DNA of 64,000 nt from an uncultured candidate division Zixibacteria bacterium (GCA_963735035.1 CAVTJJ010000006.1:416001-480000); one strand, 5' to 3'. Shown: positions 9,963 through 20,098, counted from the stretch's first letter. Numbers and translations are program-made. Notes: generated by a model not told the origin, from the letters alone.

Positions 9963-10658
9963 CTAGTCACTGTGATTGGGGGTGTCGTCAGCGGATGTTA
10001 TCATGGCTTCAAGTATCTTCACCGACGCGGAGCATCCTATGCGAGTAGCTCCCGCTTCGATCATATCACAGCATTGCTGTGGGGTGCGAATCCCACCCGC
10101 CGCTTTGACCTGTATGAGGCCGTTCGCCGCCTCGACAAGAGTCCGCACCTGGTCGACTGTTACGTCGCCGGAGAAACCGGTTCCGGTTTTGACAAACTGG
10201 GCACCGCCGTTGATGACCGTGCGGACAGCATCGATTTGGTGCTGGCGGCTTAGAAGAGGTGCTTCGATTATGACTTTCAATACTGTTCCGACCGGCAGCG
10301 TTCGCCGCACCTGGCTGATCTCGCTTTCGACCTTATCGTACTCGCCGCCTGTCAGCCAGCCAATATTTGCCACCAGGTCAATTTCGGAAGCCCCGTCAAT
10401 AGCGCCGCGCACCGCCTCGACAATCTTGGTTTCGGTCCTCGAAGCCCCCAGAGGAAATCCGGCCACCGTTACGAGACGGACGGAGCTTTCCTTGATCTCT
10501 TCTGCGGCTGCGATCACATTCGCCGGGTTCACGACGACAGCGCCGAAGTTGTACTGCAATGCTTCTCGGCAGACGCGACGGATATCTGTCTCAGTAGCTT
10601 CGGGGCGAAGGATGGTATGTTCGATGTACGCGGCCAACTGTTCAGGAGTCATGGTCAA
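9963..10658 (-). CDS. deoC: Deoxyribose-phosphate aldolase
   Basis: HTILRPEAT, VAGFPLG, EIDLV, LKVIIE, FVKTGTGF, VKAAGGIR, RIGCS. Confidence 0.95.
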   Translation of the reverse strand: MTMTPEQLAAYIEHTILRPEATETDIRRVCREALQYNFGAVVVNPANVIAAAEEIKESSVRLVTVAGFPLGASRTETKIVEAVRGAIDGASEIDLVANIGWLTGGEYDKVESEISQVRRTLPVGTVLKVIIEAPLLSRQHQIDAVRTVINGGAQFVKTGTGFSGDVTVDQVRTLVEAANGLIQVKAAGGIRTPQQCCDMIEAGATRIGCSASVKILEAMITSADDTPNHSD

Positions 10659-10717
10659 TTCTTATGTTGAGCAGTTATCTATCTGGAAATGATCGCTTCT
10701 TGCTTCGCAATTTCCCA

Positions 10718-10750
10718 CAAAAAAGCCCCCGGCTCAAGAGAACCGGGGGC
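10718..10750 (-). terminator. Intrinsic terminator of the ECF operon
   Basis: Minus strand GCCCCCGG-ttctcttgag-CCGGGGGC followed by a T run. Confidence 0.85.
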
Positions 10751-10775
10751 AGAATTGATTTAGTCTGTCGGCGGC

Positions 10776-11678
10776 TTACGGCATTTTCAAGCTGGTGACG
10801 TAGAAATCGGCGTCGTATTCAATTCCGACTTTGACGTTTACTTTTTGACCGGGCTGGAAACCTGCCTCAGGTTCGGTCATGCTCTCCTTGAGCACTCGGT
10901 CGCTGTCGAGTATATATCGCTCTTTGACCGACACGAGGATCCCTTCGGTATAGGCAAAATACAAGTGCCCTTTCGAGGTGATCTTGTCCACGCCCGAAAC
11001 CAACTCGTATTGCTTGGCCTTTCTGCTGGGAAGCGGGATGATACAGGTGCCGTCATATTCGATCACAACACAGTCGTATCCGCGCTCCCGCGCAAACGAT
11101 TTGACAGTGTACGTCGTGGACGCTTCCACGGGACCCTCAGGCAGGACCACGGTTGTGGTTTGAGTCCAGGAATATCCCTGACCCACTTCAACGTCTGGAA
11201 ATACCGGGTAGCCCTGTTTGTAGTATTCTTTCAGGTAATCCAGATTTCCCTTAGTGGTGTCCGAGGCAAACTCCATGTCCACCATACGGCCGTTCGGTTT
11301 CATATACTCGAGAATTGGCGGACCTTCCATCGGCGATGACTTGGTCGTATCGGAGGAGGTTTTGTCCAGCAAGTTGCGGGAACGCCATTGCGAGTTTTGG
11401 GTGGATACGATCTCGGCGGTTGAGTCTTCGAGAACGCGACGCACCTCATTGGCGATGTCGAGTGTAGACTCTACATACTCGTGTTGCAGCACCCGCTTGG
11501 TATCGCGATCTTCGACCTTTACCATTCCGCGAGCGATCTGCTGAGAGGTGGTTTTCATGCCGGGGACGTGCTTGTAGCGGATGTGGACTTTCTTGGTTCC
11601 CTGATCACAGGAACTCAGCCACGATCCACTCAGCAACAAGACGCACGCCCACAGAAGCGCGTACTTGGATTTTGTCAT
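10776..11678 (-). CDS. Hypothetical lipoprotein (beta-rich, DUF6263-like)
   Basis: Lipobox LSSC; PVFPDVEVGQGYSW motif; third gene of the ECF operon. Confidence 0.7.
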   Translation of the reverse strand: MTKSKYALLWACVLLLSGSWLSSCDQGTKKVHIRYKHVPGMKTTSQQIARGMVKVEDRDTKRVLQHEYVESTLDIANEVRRVLEDSTAEIVSTQNSQWRSRNLLDKTSSDTTKSSPMEGPPILEYMKPNGRMVDMEFASDTTKGNLDYLKEYYKQGYPVFPDVEVGQGYSWTQTTTVVLPEGPVEASTTYTVKSFARERGYDCVVIEYDGTCIIPLPSRKAKQYELVSGVDKITSKGHLYFAYTEGILVSVKERYILDSDRVLKESMTEPEAGFQPGQKVNVKVGIEYDADFYVTSLKMP

Positions 11679-11708
11679 TAGGCAGGTCACTCCGTTTGCA
11701 GTTAGTCC

Positions 11709-12260
11709 TCATCTACCTCCGCCGGTTCCCGACGAAAGGCCGAGACCGGACGAACTGGCCAGCATACCGGGGGTGCCTACCAACAGCATGCTGCCGGCGA
11801 TGAGCGCTTGCTCATCGTCTGATATATAGTTGACCCGGGAAGGCGATGCCTGGTCTTCCGAAGTCACCGAGCTAAGATGCGGCTCCCCGCTGAAGGGTGA
11901 CGAAGAGCCGATCAACAACGATCCGAAGAAAATTACGAGAGAAGCCGCCACCGCTATCATAGCGCGATAGAATGACCTTCTTTCGACCGACCGACGCGCG
12001 ATCTCGTCCGAGACCACTACAAACTCCGGCGTCTCGACCGTTCGGGCCCGAATGAGGTCCGCCGATTCCTGCCAATAGGAATCCGACGGTTCGGGAACGG
12101 TCAGCCCGGACATCAACTGGCGCAGACGCGCGGTCTCTTCGTATTCCTCCCGACAGGAGACACACACGTTCAAATGGGCTCGTACCGAGGTTTCGAGCGG
12201 GGGAGGGAGCTCCCGGTCCAGAAGATCGTCCAGGAGCGATCTAAAATACAAGCATGTCAT
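11709..12260 (-). CDS. Anti-sigma factor, zf-HC2 plus TM
   Basis: C...HLNVCVSC zinc motif, single TM, directly downstream of ECF sigma. Confidence 0.85.
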   Translation of the reverse strand: MTCLYFRSLLDDLLDRELPPPLETSVRAHLNVCVSCREEYEETARLRQLMSGLTVPEPSDSYWQESADLIRARTVETPEFVVVSDEIARRSVERRSFYRAMIAVAASLVIFFGSLLIGSSSPFSGEPHLSSVTSEDQASPSRVNYISDDEQALIAGSMLLVGTPGMLASSSGLGLSSGTGGGR

Positions 12261-12262
12261 TC

Positions 12263-12835
12263 TTACTCCTTGGCGGAAAGGCGCTTCTTAAGTATCGCCT
12301 TGAGCTTTTTTCTAGCTATGTGCAGGTTGGATCGAACGGTCGCTTCGGGACAATCCAAGATGCCGGCCACTTCTGTCTTCGTATAGCCTTCGACATCGTG
12401 CAGCAGCACCGTGGTCTTCTGTCTTGGTGGCAGAGTGTCCAGCGCCATTCGGATCTCTTCCATCATCACCTTGTTCCTTAGGTCGTCCTGCGGCGTCTTG
12501 ACGTGTCGGGCCAGTTCCATCTGGACTTCGCCGGGGAGTGCGGTAGAGTCATCTATCTGACTGTGACCCTTCTGCTTACGAAGAAGGTCAATCGCGTAGT
12601 TGGTGGCTACCCGCACCAGGAACGAGGTGAAGTTGGTTACATCCGTCAACTCCTTTCGTCGTCGGTAGATCCGTACAAAGGTCTCCTGCACTACTTCGTC
12701 GGCGTCCAAATGGTTGCCCAGCATCTGGAAGGCCAGCGTATAGACCTTCTTCTGATACCGGGCGACCAGCCCGGCAAAAGCGGTGCTATCGCCCTGAACG
12801 AATCTCTGCAGCAACTCTGGGACGTTATCGTTCAT
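12263..12835 (-). CDS. ECF sigma factor
   Basis: GDSTAFAGLVARY, DADEVVQETF, region 4 EVAGILDCPEATVRSNLHIARKKL. Confidence 0.92.
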   Translation of the reverse strand: MNDNVPELLQRFVQGDSTAFAGLVARYQKKVYTLAFQMLGNHLDADEVVQETFVRIYRRRKELTDVTNFTSFLVRVATNYAIDLLRKQKGHSQIDDSTALPGEVQMELARHVKTPQDDLRNKVMMEEIRMALDTLPPRQKTTVLLHDVEGYTKTEVAGILDCPEATVRSNLHIARKKLKAILKKRLSAKE

Positions 12836-12861
12836 GGTTTCCCAGAGCTCTATCTAAATCA

Positions 12862-12888
12862 AGGACGTACAAAGGCTTCGAGTGTTCA
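12862..12888 (-). promoter_or_regulatory. Candidate autoregulatory ECF promoter
   Basis: TGAAC-N16-CGTC upstream of the sigma ATG. Confidence 0.5.
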
Positions 12889-13100
12889 ATCGGTCTAGGG
12901 TTTGTTTAACAACAATCGGGCCAATCTTGTCAAGCTGGTCCCTTTTGTCAATCCTTTTTTTGCCAACGACTTAGCTGTAAAGCCCCGCAATTGGAGAGTT
13001 TACGGGTGACTCCACGTACCCAATCTGAGACTGGACAAGTGAGACCTTCTTTCGAAATCGATGCTTAGGACTAGCCGAGAAAGCCCCAAATTCAATTCGG

Positions 13101-13219
13101 CGGTATCTTCGCGAGCCGGCAGATGTGGGTCCGCCGCGGCGGACCGGGCACGTAACCTCACTCCCGCCACGCCTCTTGAGATCGCCACGGCCCCCGACCG
13201 GGTCGGGCCTCGCGATGAC
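13101..13219. repeat. Composite REP-like palindromes
   Basis: GAGCCGGCAGATGTGGG-[TCCGCCGCGGCGGAC]-CGGGCAC and GAGATCGCCACGG...CTCGCGATGAC; modules shared with 30402-30817 and 20821-20878. Confidence 0.7.
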
Positions 13220-13295
13220 TGGCCTGAGGCCTTTCAACGCGAGCATAATTTGAGCCAGGATCCCAACAACCTGACCCGTACCGACTCGATAATCG

Positions 13296-13324
13296 TTGAC
13301 ATTGGTCGATAACGCCGATATACT
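13296..13324 (+). promoter_or_regulatory. Sigma70 promoter of tRNA-Ala
   Basis: TTGACA-N17-TATACT. Confidence 0.8.
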
Positions 13325-13336
13325 TGGGCCGCCATT

Positions 13337-13412
13337 GGGGCTATAGCTCAGTTGGGAGAGCGCTTGACTGGCAGTCAAGAGGTCGGGAGTTCGACCCTCC
13401 CTAGCTCCACCA
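13337..13412 (+). tRNA. tRNA-Ala(GGC)
   Basis: Cloverleaf GGGGCTA...CTTGA-CT-GGC-AG-TCAAG...TTCGA...TAGCTCC-ACCA; G3:U70. Confidence 0.97.
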
Positions 13413-13419
13413 AATTCCA

Positions 13420-13450
13420 AACCCCTGCTTCCGCAGGGGTTTTCATTTTC
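13420..13450 (+). terminator. Terminator after tRNA-Ala
   Basis: AACCCCTGC-ttcc-GCAGGGGTT-TTCATTTT. Confidence 0.8.
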
Positions 13451-13549
13451 AGACCGTAAATTGGCTCTGAAACAAATCGACCGGCGCCGTCGTAACATCC
13501 GTGTAGATAGACCAAATTGGCAGAGACCTCTACTCAAAGGGACAGCCGT

Positions 13550-15331
13550 ATGAGCACAAAGCTGTTAATTGCGTTGGTTACGCTGGTGGCGGCCGTATTC
13601 ACATCCTCGGCCGGGGCAGAAGTAATCGCGAACATCGACCATTTTCGCGAAGGTCAGATCGAGACGGCCGGATTCGAACTGCTCAAGGGCGGCGAGGTCA
13701 ATATCGACGCGGTCGGTCTGCGCCAGCCTCAGAACCGTCGCCTGGGCGTCTACGCCTGGATTATCGACACCAAGACGCGCGCCCTGGTCTGGTCGATGAC
13801 CTACACCAACAGTTCCCGCGAAGGTCTTCGTGGGCTCCTGCGCAAAACCGAAGAGAGCAAGTTTCTCGAACCAGGGAAGTACGAACTCTACATGTACGCC
13901 GGCAACCAGTGGAGCAACGGCAGCTTCACGTTCAGCGGCGGCAAGGACCTCTATGACGTCCTGAGCGATCTGATCGACAACAAAGACGCCGACTGGGAAG
14001 ATTACGACAACTACGACTGGACCCGCAACCTGGACGACTGCTATGTCAAGCTCTCATCCGATGAACTCAAGGCGACTGATTTCAAAGCGTTCGATGTGAC
14101 GGGCGAGATTCCGGGAGCGTTGGTGGCATTCAACCGTCTCGGCGACGATGAAAATATCGAGCAGGGGTTCACGCTTGACGAGCCGATGAATATCAAGATT
14201 TACGCTCTGGTCGAACACCCGGCCGGCACCAAGACGCCGTGTGATTTCGGCTGGATAATCAACACCGCCAACCGCGAGCGGGTGTGGGAAATCGATCGGT
14301 TCAATACCGAGCGGGCCGGTGGCGGACGCAAGAACCGGGTTTTCAACGACCAGGTCCGACTCGAAAAGGGCAACTACGTTCTTCACTATGTCACCGATGA
14401 TTCCCATTCGTGGAAAGATTTCAACATGGAGCCGCCGTTCGACCCGATGAACTGGGGCATCACGCTTCTGCCGGGGACCGATTTCAAAGCGGCGGCGTTT
14501 CATCTGACCGAGGTCAAGGACGAGCGCGGCAAGCCGCTTATCGATTTCACCCGCGCCCGCGACAACGAGAGTTTCGAGCAGGCCTTCGAGTTGACCAAAC
14601 CGGCCACGCTTTCGGTCTATGCTATCGGCGAATACTCGGACAACGATCATGAGTTTGTCGATCATGGCTGGATCGAAGACGCTTCTACCGGCGAAGCGAT
14701 CTGGGAGATGGATCGCGGCAACACCGAACCTGCGGGCGGCGGCGACAAGAACCGGATGTTCGACGGCTCTGTGGAACTCAAGCCCGGCAAGTATGTCGCG
14801 TACTATGTCACCGATGACTCGCATTCATACCGCAACTGGAACGTGGCGGCGCCCTACGATGCCAGCGCGTACGGTATGGCGATTTACGCCAAGGGCGAGC
14901 CGGCGGCAATCGGTTTCCGAATGATCGATGACGCTCAGACTCTCGAAGGTACGAACACCTGGTTCGGATTACCCGGGTGCGCGACGATGAACGTCGGCGC
15001 GAGAAATTCACGCTCGCCAAGGACACCGAGGTCCGTATTTACGCTATGGGCGAGGGGGTAGACGGGGATATGGCCGACTATGGCTGGATCGACAATGACG
15101 AGACGGGGAGAACGGTCTGGGAGATGACTTATCGGAAGACCGATCATGCCGGTGGCGCTGAGAAGAACCGGGTGTGTGACGATACGATTTTGCTGAAGGC
15201 CGGAACGTACGTGGTGTATTTCGAGACGGACGGTTCGCACTCGTACGGCAACTGGAACACGTGCCGCGCCGCGCCATCCCGAAAAATGGGGCATCACGGT
15301 CTCGGTCGCCGACGGCTTAGCGAAGAAATAG
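13550..15331 (+). CDS. Secreted protein with four tandem ~115-aa beta-rich repeats (frameshifts at about 14958 and 15262)
   Basis: Signal peptide; repeated D.GWI...WEM....T..AGG..KNR...G.Y...Y.TD(D/G)SHS...WN..P; correcting both indels gives ...LVRITRVRDDE...NTAAPRHPEKWGITV...KK*. Confidence 0.8.
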
Positions 15332-15339
15332 CACACTAA

Positions 15340-15528
15340 GTCACCCTGAGCTGAGCCTGCTCTGAGCTTGACGAAGGGTGGCACGAAGAAATTGTAGGGC
15401 AGGTCCGCTTCGAACCTGCCAATAAGAAAACACCAGTCCTTACATTCTTGATACGCCAAACGGGGCGGCGACCACACGCCGCCCCTTCTTCTTATTGTTC
15501 AGTCACCCTCCGCGAAGACGGAGGGCCC
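15340..15528. repeat. REP-like palindrome cluster upstream of the R-M cassette
   Basis: GTCACCCTGAGCTGAGCCTGCTCTGAGCTTGACGAAGGG; GTAGGGCAGGTCcgcttcGAACCTGCC; GGGGCGGCG-accaca-CGCCGCCCC; GTCACCCTCCGcgaagaCGGAGGG. Confidence 0.7.
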
Positions 15529-15666
15529 AAGGGTGTCGAAATCAACCTTCTCGGGCGGGGGCACTCTGGGCTGCCTGTCACACATTTTTGCCCCTCACCC
15601 TTCAAATGTGATTCTTGTTGTGAAATATGAGGGATAGATTTATGATAACTATCAAGGGAGGATAAT

Positions 15667-16881
15667 ATGGAGAATTGGATGTCAGGTCACAGGAAGACGC
15701 AAATTTCGGAAGCGGACGTGTTCTTTTCGAGAGTCAACGGAAAGAAGCTGTCACAGAAGCACGCCTTCCGTCTTATTGACCTGTTTGCTGGAGCAGGGGG
15801 GTTATCTCTCGGTTTCAGCAGTCGCTTTGGCCACAACTTTCAACCGGTTTGGGCCAACGATACGGACCAATCTGCCGCAGCAACTTACAACGTGAATTTT
15901 GGGCAACATTGCCAAATAGGCGACATCGAGACGATCCTTCGAAGCAGATCGTTCACTGTCCCAAAAGCAGATGTCGTTATCGGAGGGCCACCCTGTCAGG
16001 GGTTCAGTCTCCTGAACAAAGACAGAGAAGGAGACGCAAGACGACAATTGTGGAAACCGTTCCTCGACATTGTGAAGCGAAGCGGGGCCGAGGTCTTTGT
16101 CATGGAAAACGTCCCGCAATTGCTGGGAACAGATGAACACGCAAGTATAGAGAAAGCTGCAAAGTCGATGGGTTTTGGAGTCGTCGCAGCCAAATTGTGC
16201 GCGGCAGACTATGGTGTGCCACAAGTGCGATATCGGGCATTCATCGTCGGGTCTAAAGTGTCCGATCCCAAGTCAGATTTTCCCCCAAAAAAGACGCACA
16301 TAGCGCCCGCGAATCGCAAGCGGAGTATACAGCTTGGTTTTGGCGATGGTAACGGTAACGGGAATTACCTCGAAAACCCAGAGGCTTGGCGAACACTACG
16401 CGATGTCATTTGGGACCTTCCAAATCCTGCCGGTACTGAGATTCGAGACGTGGCTCCGCCGATGGATCTACACTTTGGCAGGCGGCCGACAGAAACCAGT
16501 CTCCTCCGATACAAAGCCATACCCAAAGAAGGAATGAACCGGTTTGACCTACAACGTTTGGTGCCAGAGCTAACCCCCGCATGTTGGATTCGCAAGAAGA
16601 GTGGAGGAACGGATTTGTTCGGAAGGCTATGGTGGGATCGCCCAGCTTTCACTATTCGTACGGAGTTCTTCAAACCTGAGAAGGGCAGATATCTCCATCC
16701 GTCCGAACATAGGCCTATTACCCATCGAGAAGCAGCTCGGATACAGTCATTCCCGGATGACTTTCGTTTTGTTGGCACTAAGATCGAGATTGCAAAGCAG
16801 ATAGGGAATGCAGTGCCGCCGATGATGGCGGCTAGAGTGGCAGATTGTGTTTATGCACTTCTATTGCATGGTAAGAAGTGA
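15667..16881 (+). CDS. DNA (cytosine-5)-methyltransferase
   Basis: DLFAGAGG (I), GGPPCQGFS (IV), MENV (VI), Q.RYR (VIII), REAARIQSFPD (IX), QIGNAVPP (X). Confidence 0.95.
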   Translation: MENWMSGHRKTQISEADVFFSRVNGKKLSQKHAFRLIDLFAGAGGLSLGFSSRFGHNFQPVWANDTDQSAAATYNVNFGQHCQIGDIETILRSRSFTVPKADVVIGGPPCQGFSLLNKDREGDARRQLWKPFLDIVKRSGAEVFVMENVPQLLGTDEHASIEKAAKSMGFGVVAAKLCAADYGVPQVRYRAFIVGSKVSDPKSDFPPKKTHIAPANRKRSIQLGFGDGNGNGNYLENPEAWRTLRDVIWDLPNPAGTEIRDVAPPMDLHFGRRPTETSLLRYKAIPKEGMNRFDLQRLVPELTPACWIRKKSGGTDLFGRLWWDRPAFTIRTEFFKPEKGRYLHPSEHRPITHREAARIQSFPDDFRFVGTKIEIAKQIGNAVPPMMAARVADCVYALLLHGKK

Positions 16882-17303
16882 TGACTGATGTCTTCTCGAA
16901 GCGGAAGAGAAGCGAAATCATGTCTCGTGTAAAGGGTCGTGACACCAAGCCGGAATGTGTCGTGCGGTCAACCCTTCACCGTCTCGGTTACAGATTCAGA
17001 TTATCAGTCGGAGTTCTGCCGGGGAAACCGGATATTGTGCTAAGAAAGCATCACACAGTGGTCTTTGTCCATGGTTGCTTTTGGCACGGCCACCGTAGAT
17101 GCCGTAAGAGCTCAAGGCCGAGTACACATGCCAAGTTCTGGAATCAGAAGCTCGACAATAACATTGAGCGCGACCAGTCAATCCGTAGATTGCTAAGACG
17201 TCAAGGATGGCGCGTCTTGACGGTTTGGGAGTGCCAAACCAAGAACGTCGCAAAGCTTGAAGAACGACTTACTTCGTATCTCCAAAAGGGGGTTCCCGCA
17301 TGA
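16878..17303 (+). CDS. vsr: Very short patch repair endonuclease
   Basis: RSEIMSRVKGRDTKPE, LPGKPDIV, FVHGCFWHGH, GWRVLTVWEC. Confidence 0.95.
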   Translation: MMTDVFSKRKRSEIMSRVKGRDTKPECVVRSTLHRLGYRFRLSVGVLPGKPDIVLRKHHTVVFVHGCFWHGHRRCRKSSRPSTHAKFWNQKLDNNIERDQSIRRLLRRQGWRVLTVWECQTKNVAKLEERLTSYLQKGVPA

Positions 17304-17845
17304 GTGCAAGAGACAGAATCAGAAGCTTCTTAGAGAAACACGTAGGCAAGGTAGTGACTACGCAGGAAATCAGAAAGGTCGCGGGTATTAGCGAATACGC
17401 GAGGCGCATCCGCGAATTGAAAGACGACGAAGGAATGCAGATTCGGACTCACAATGACCGTCACGACCTTCGACCGGGGGAGTACATTCTTGAAAGTCTC
17501 GATCGCCATCCGGTAATCGACAGAGGTATATCCCCGCAGCTCCGAACGGAGATTCTGGAGCGCAACGGTTATACTTGCCAGCATTGTGGTGCGGGCCCAG
17601 GGGATCCTGATCCCTTCGATCCGAAGCGTAAACTCCGTTTGCACATTGATCACATTTTCCCCAAGAGTCAAGGAGGGTCAGATGAGAAGGACAACCTCCG
17701 AGTACTCTGTTCTGCGTGTAATCAGGGGCGGTCCAACATTCAACCAGCTTCTGAATCTGCACGTAACCTCATAGCCCGCATCCGCAAATGTTCCAGGGCC
17801 GTACAACTTGAGGTACTTGAAGCTTTGCGCAAGAAGTTTGATTAG
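17300..17845 (+). CDS. HNH endonuclease, putative Type II restriction enzyme
   Basis: N-terminal wHTH-like region (GKVVTTQEI...ARRIRELK); CQHCG, LHIDHIFP, NLRVLCSACN; translationally coupled to MTase-vsr. Confidence 0.85.
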   Translation: MSARDRIRSFLEKHVGKVVTTQEIRKVAGISEYARRIRELKDDEGMQIRTHNDRHDLRPGEYILESLDRHPVIDRGISPQLRTEILERNGYTCQHCGAGPGDPDPFDPKRKLRLHIDHIFPKSQGGSDEKDNLRVLCSACNQGRSNIQPASESARNLIARIRKCSRAVQLEVLEALRKKFD

Positions 17846-17901
17846 TGACCTTCTTGATGTGCGTGGAGTCAGTAGAGCAGCGATCACGGCCCTGTTTTTA
17901 A

Positions 17902-17930
17902 TTGAATTCCCTTCCTACACTCCCTATCCT
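17902..17930 (+). promoter_or_regulatory. Sigma70-type promoter of ruvCAB, probably leaderless
   Basis: TTGAAT-N17-TATCCT, 6 nt before ATG 17937, no SD. Confidence 0.6.
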
Positions 17931-17936
17931 CTTCCC

Positions 17937-18428
17937 ATGCGTGTTCTTGGGATCGATCCGGGTCTGAATATCACCGGCTATAGCATCCTCGACGTCCACG
18001 ACCGGCAAATCAAGCTGGTCGAGGCGGGAGTAGTGCGCACAAACCCGCATGCCGACATGGGCGAGCGGCTTCGCGAAATCGGCTGCGAGATCGGCCGGAT
18101 CATCGCGCAGTTTTCGCCGCAGGCGCTGGCGGTCGAAGAACTCTACTCGCACTACTCGCATCCGAAAACCGCCATCATCATGGGTCACGCGCGCGGTGTC
18201 ATCTTCAACAAAGCGGCCGAGGCGGGGCTGGCCATTTTCCCGTACGCCTCCACGCGGATCAAAAAATCTCTCACCGGCAACGGCCATGCCACCAAGGCCC
18301 AGGTGCAGCGCATGGTGCGCTCCACGCTCAACTTGCTCGAAGTGCCCGATCCGCCCGACGTGGCCGACGCGCTCGCGATTGCGCTCTGCCACTGCCGCTC
18401 GCTCGAACATCAGGAGGTCCTGTCGTGA
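17937..18428 (+). CDS. ruvC: Holliday junction resolvase RuvC
   Basis: MRVLGIDPG, AVEELY, GHARGV, TGNGHATKAQV, DVADALAIA. Confidence 0.95.
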   Translation: MRVLGIDPGLNITGYSILDVHDRQIKLVEAGVVRTNPHADMGERLREIGCEIGRIIAQFSPQALAVEELYSHYSHPKTAIIMGHARGVIFNKAAEAGLAIFPYASTRIKKSLTGNGHATKAQVQRMVRSTLNLLEVPDPPDVADALAIALCHCRSLEHQEVLS

Positions 18429-19073
18429 TAAGTCGTATCCGTGGCGTGCTGGTCCAGATAGCCGAGCAGTCGGCGCTGATCGAAAACGGGGGAGTCTCCT
18501 ACGAGATCCGGCTCCCGTCGGCGCTGGTGGACCGTCTCAAAGACGACAACCGGATCGGCTCGGAAATCCAGTTCGAGACGCTCTATTACATCGAGGCGGG
18601 CGACCGTCGCTCGAGCCACTACCCGACGGCTCGTGGGGTTCATCAACCCGATCGACCGGGAATTCTTCTCGCTCTATCTTCAGGTGCCCGGCATGGGGGT
18701 CACCAAGGGGCTGAAATCGCTGGTTCTGCCGGTGAGCGAGATAGCGGCCGCCATTGAGACCAAAGACGCTGGTACGCTCAAACGGCTCCCCGGGGTCGGT
18801 GGGCGGCTTGCTGACAAGATTATAGCGGAGTTGGTCGGGAAGTGCGCTCGGTTCGCCCTGGCGCGCGGCTCAGAGCCTCTGGCGGCCAAACCGAGCGTGG
18901 CCGCGCCTTTTGTCGAAGAAGCGATGGCGATTCTCGAGCAGTTGCAGTATACTCGCGGTGAGGCCAAAACTATGATCGACGCTGCTCTGAAAACCGACCC
19001 GAAAGTAAACCAGGCGGAAGACCTGATTTCGCTCGTATTCAAGTCCAGTCTGACGTCCAAGGGTGACGCCTGA
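18425..19073 (+). CDS. ruvA: RuvA (frameshift at about 18626)
   Basis: MISRIRG...GGVSYEI; then LVGF...REFF...VPGMG...LPGVGGRLADKIIAEL in the +1 frame. Confidence 0.9.
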
Positions 19074-20098
19074 TGGGTATCGAACGGATAGTAGGCGCGG
19101 ATCAGCTCGGTCCCGACGAGGACCTGACCCAGTATTCGCTCCGGCCGCAGACGCTTAAGGAGTTCATCGGGCAGCGGGAGCTGTGCGGAAAACTGCAGGT
19201 GCTGCTTCAGGCGGCGCGGGGGCGCAACGAGCCGGTCGAGCATATGCTTCTGTACGGCCCACCCGGGCTGGGGAAAACCACGCTCGCGCATATTATCGCC
19301 CGCGAGATGGGATCGAAGATCATTTCGACTTCGGGGCCATCGTTGCAGCGCGCCGGCGACCTGATGGGAATTCTCACGAATTTGAACGAGGGTGATGTTC
19401 TATTCATCGACGAAATCCACCGGCTGTCATCGGTGATCGAGGAGTTCATCTATCCGGCGATGGAGGATTTCAAAGTAGATTTCGTGGTGGATAAAGGCGC
19501 GTTCGCGAAAGTCATCAATGTCCCCCTGAAGCGATTCACGTTGATCGGCGCCACCACCCGGGCGGGGATGCTCTCGGCGCCGTTGCGTGACCGGTTCGGG
19601 CTGTATTATCATCTCGATTTCTATCCGCCGGAAGATTTGGCGCAGGTGGTCATTCGTTCGGCGGCATTGCTCGACATCAGCATTGATCCGGAAGCTTCGA
19701 AAGTGGTGGCGGTTCGTTCACGCGGCACACCCCGTATTTCGAATCGGTTGCTGCGCCGCGTTCGTGATTATGCTGCGGTCAAGGGGGACGGCAAAGTTAC
19801 CCCTGAGATGGCGGTTCAGGCGCTGGAGGTCGAAGGTATTGACTCCATGGGGCTGGACGGGCTCGATCGGAAATTGATCGAGACGATCATCAAATATTAC
19901 CAGGGCGGCCCGGTTGGAATCGAGGCGTTAGGCGCGACCCTGAATGAGGAAATCGATACGCTAGTGGACATGGTTGAGCCGTTTTTGCTCAAAATCGGCT
20001 ATATTCAACGAACCCGGCGCGGACGGGTAGTCTCCGCCGAGGCGGCCAAGCATCTCGGTATGTTGTTGTCCCACAATCCACAACGCGACATGTTCTGA
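19073..20098 (+). CDS. ruvB: RuvB helicase
   Basis: LRPQTLKEFIGQ, GPPGLGKTT, FIDEIHR, GATTRAG, SRGTPR. Confidence 0.97.
   Translation: MGIERIVGADQLGPDEDLTQYSLRPQTLKEFIGQRELCGKLQVLLQAARGRNEPVEHMLLYGPPGLGKTTLAHIIAREMGSKIISTSGPSLQRAGDLMGILTNLNEGDVLFIDEIHRLSSVIEEFIYPAMEDFKVDFVVDKGAFAKVINVPLKRFTLIGATTRAGMLSAPLRDRFGLYYHLDFYPPEDLAQVVIRSAALLDISIDPEASKVVAVRSRGTPRISNRLLRRVRDYAAVKGDGKVTPEMAVQALEVEGIDSMGLDGLDRKLIETIIKYYQGGPVGIEALGATLNEEIDTLVDMVEPFLLKIGYIQRTRRGRVVSAEAAKHLGMLLSHNPQRDMF

Noticed and set aside
12971..13537. 188-aa minus-strand ORF
   Set aside because: Antisense to tRNA-Ala and repeats; no protein features.
13337..17845. tRNA-Ala-integrated genomic island or prophage
   Set aside because: No integrase, no phage genes and no duplicated tRNA 3' end found.
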